A stretch of DNA of 64,000 bases from NCBI RefSeq assembly GCF_044704955.1, contig NW_027251843.1, forward strand, positions 434,001 through 498,000, in the 5' to 3' direction. Below, piece by piece: positions 62,914-64,000 of this stretch. The notes under the pieces are model-generated. The model made no database searches and was not told where the DNA came from. It saw only the letters and a program-made list of their open reading frames with translations. Each line of letters starts with the position of its first letter. Position 1 is the stretch's first letter. This DNA is from Pristiophorus japonicus (taxonomy: Eukaryota). A program made the position numbers and the translations under genes.

Positions 62914-64000
62914 CTCAATACTGCCCCTCTGACAGTGCAGCACTCCCTCAGTCCTGCCCCTCCGGCAGTGCAGCACTCCCTCAGTACTGCCCTTCCGACA
63001 GTGCGGCACTCCCTCAGTACTGCCCCTCTGACAATGCAGCACTCCCTCAGGACTGCACAGTCGTGTATGTCTTTATTTTGCACTCAGGTCCCTGGAGTGG
63101 GGCTTGAACCCACGATACAACATTGCATCACTGGATGCCGCACAGTCTGAGCTGTGAGTCATATCCCGACCTCAGTTGGAACAGCTCACTCAGAACAAAC
63201 AACAACAGCAACTTTTATACAGCACCTTTAACACAGTAAAACTCCCCGAGCGCTTCACAGAAGCGTTATAGAATAAGGATTGACAGCGAGCCACGTAAGG
63301 AGACATTGAAAATTGCAGCTCAGTCAAATTGTGAGGGAAATTGTCAGTGCTGTCTTCATACCAAAAGGGGGCGATGTTGGTTCTGAAAAGACCACATTTT
63401 TGGACAATTTCTGTGTCACTCAATTGATTGGTTTGTAAAACCCGTTTGTACCAAACCTCCAGTCAGGTTTGCAGAATCATTTCCAGTTCCCCACGTGTCA
63501 TTTGATGGTGGATTTCAGCGTGTATCTCCTCGTCCGCTCGTGAGGCGGTGTCTCAGACCGATTGGCGGGTCAGTAGCCACTCCGCACTGCAGTGAGCATC
63601 GGCAGGCCATTCCACTGTGGGAGGCCTCACTGCGGAGCTCGGTGCACGGGGTATATCCACACAGAGACGCTCTGCCGCCAGGTACAGCAGCAACAACCTG
63701 CATTGCTATAGCAACTGGAACATTAGAACAACATCCCGAGGCAGCTGTCAGAGGCGCAATCTGGTCAAAGTGGTGCTGAGCCAAAAGGGGAGGGGCTGGG
63801 AGGGTGATCAAAACCCTCAGTCACAGATTGGGTGTGAAGGGAGGTCTTAAAAGAGGAGAGGGGTGGAGTGGCAGAGAGGTTTAGGGAGCAGGGAGTTAGG
63901 GCCCAGGCAGCTGAAGGCACGGCCCCCAATGGAGGGGGAAGGGAAGGGGGGATGGATAAGAAGCCTGAGCCAGATACAGCGGCCCCTGAACACAACAACA
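62914..64000. repeat. Segmental duplicate Y2 (inverted copy of 44486-45566), open at the window end
   Basis: Reverse complement of Y1. Confidence 0.96.

Overview
Vertebrate genomic DNA, most likely from a cartilaginous fish (shark-type CR1, RTE, L2 and Penelope elements, DeuSINE-type SINEs, and a shark-type immunoglobulin light-chain constant exon). The only recognisable host exon is an intact Ig light-chain C exon (37901-38229, +), most similar to the elasmobranch kappa / type III / NS4 class. It has a good splice acceptor and poly(A) signals, but I could find no convincing V or J segment in the window. Most of the rest is nested transposable elements. (i) A 9.7-kb retrovirus-like LTR element (12908-22664) has a spuma/lokiretrovirus-like RT, a tether plus a second RNase H, a tRNA-Arg primer-binding site, an in-frame UGA-CUAG gag-pol readthrough junction and no env. 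A solo LTR of its own family has inserted exactly inside its YVDD motif. (ii) There are three degenerate Gypsy elements. (iii) Two Harbinger elements keep only the Myb/SANT gene, and there are two Harbinger-like MITEs. (iv) Several minisatellites have expanded inside these elements. Non-TE blocks around the C exon are duplicated: one directly (31866-32661 / 46523-47319) and one inverted (44486-45566 / 62914-64000). The inverted block carries E-box, Ets-IRF-like and CTCF-like motifs, which suggests a rearranged multi-cluster light-chain locus with a tail-to-tail neighbour beyond the window. Most long ORFs in the supplied track are artefacts of tandem repeats. All calls were made by eye; no searches were run.
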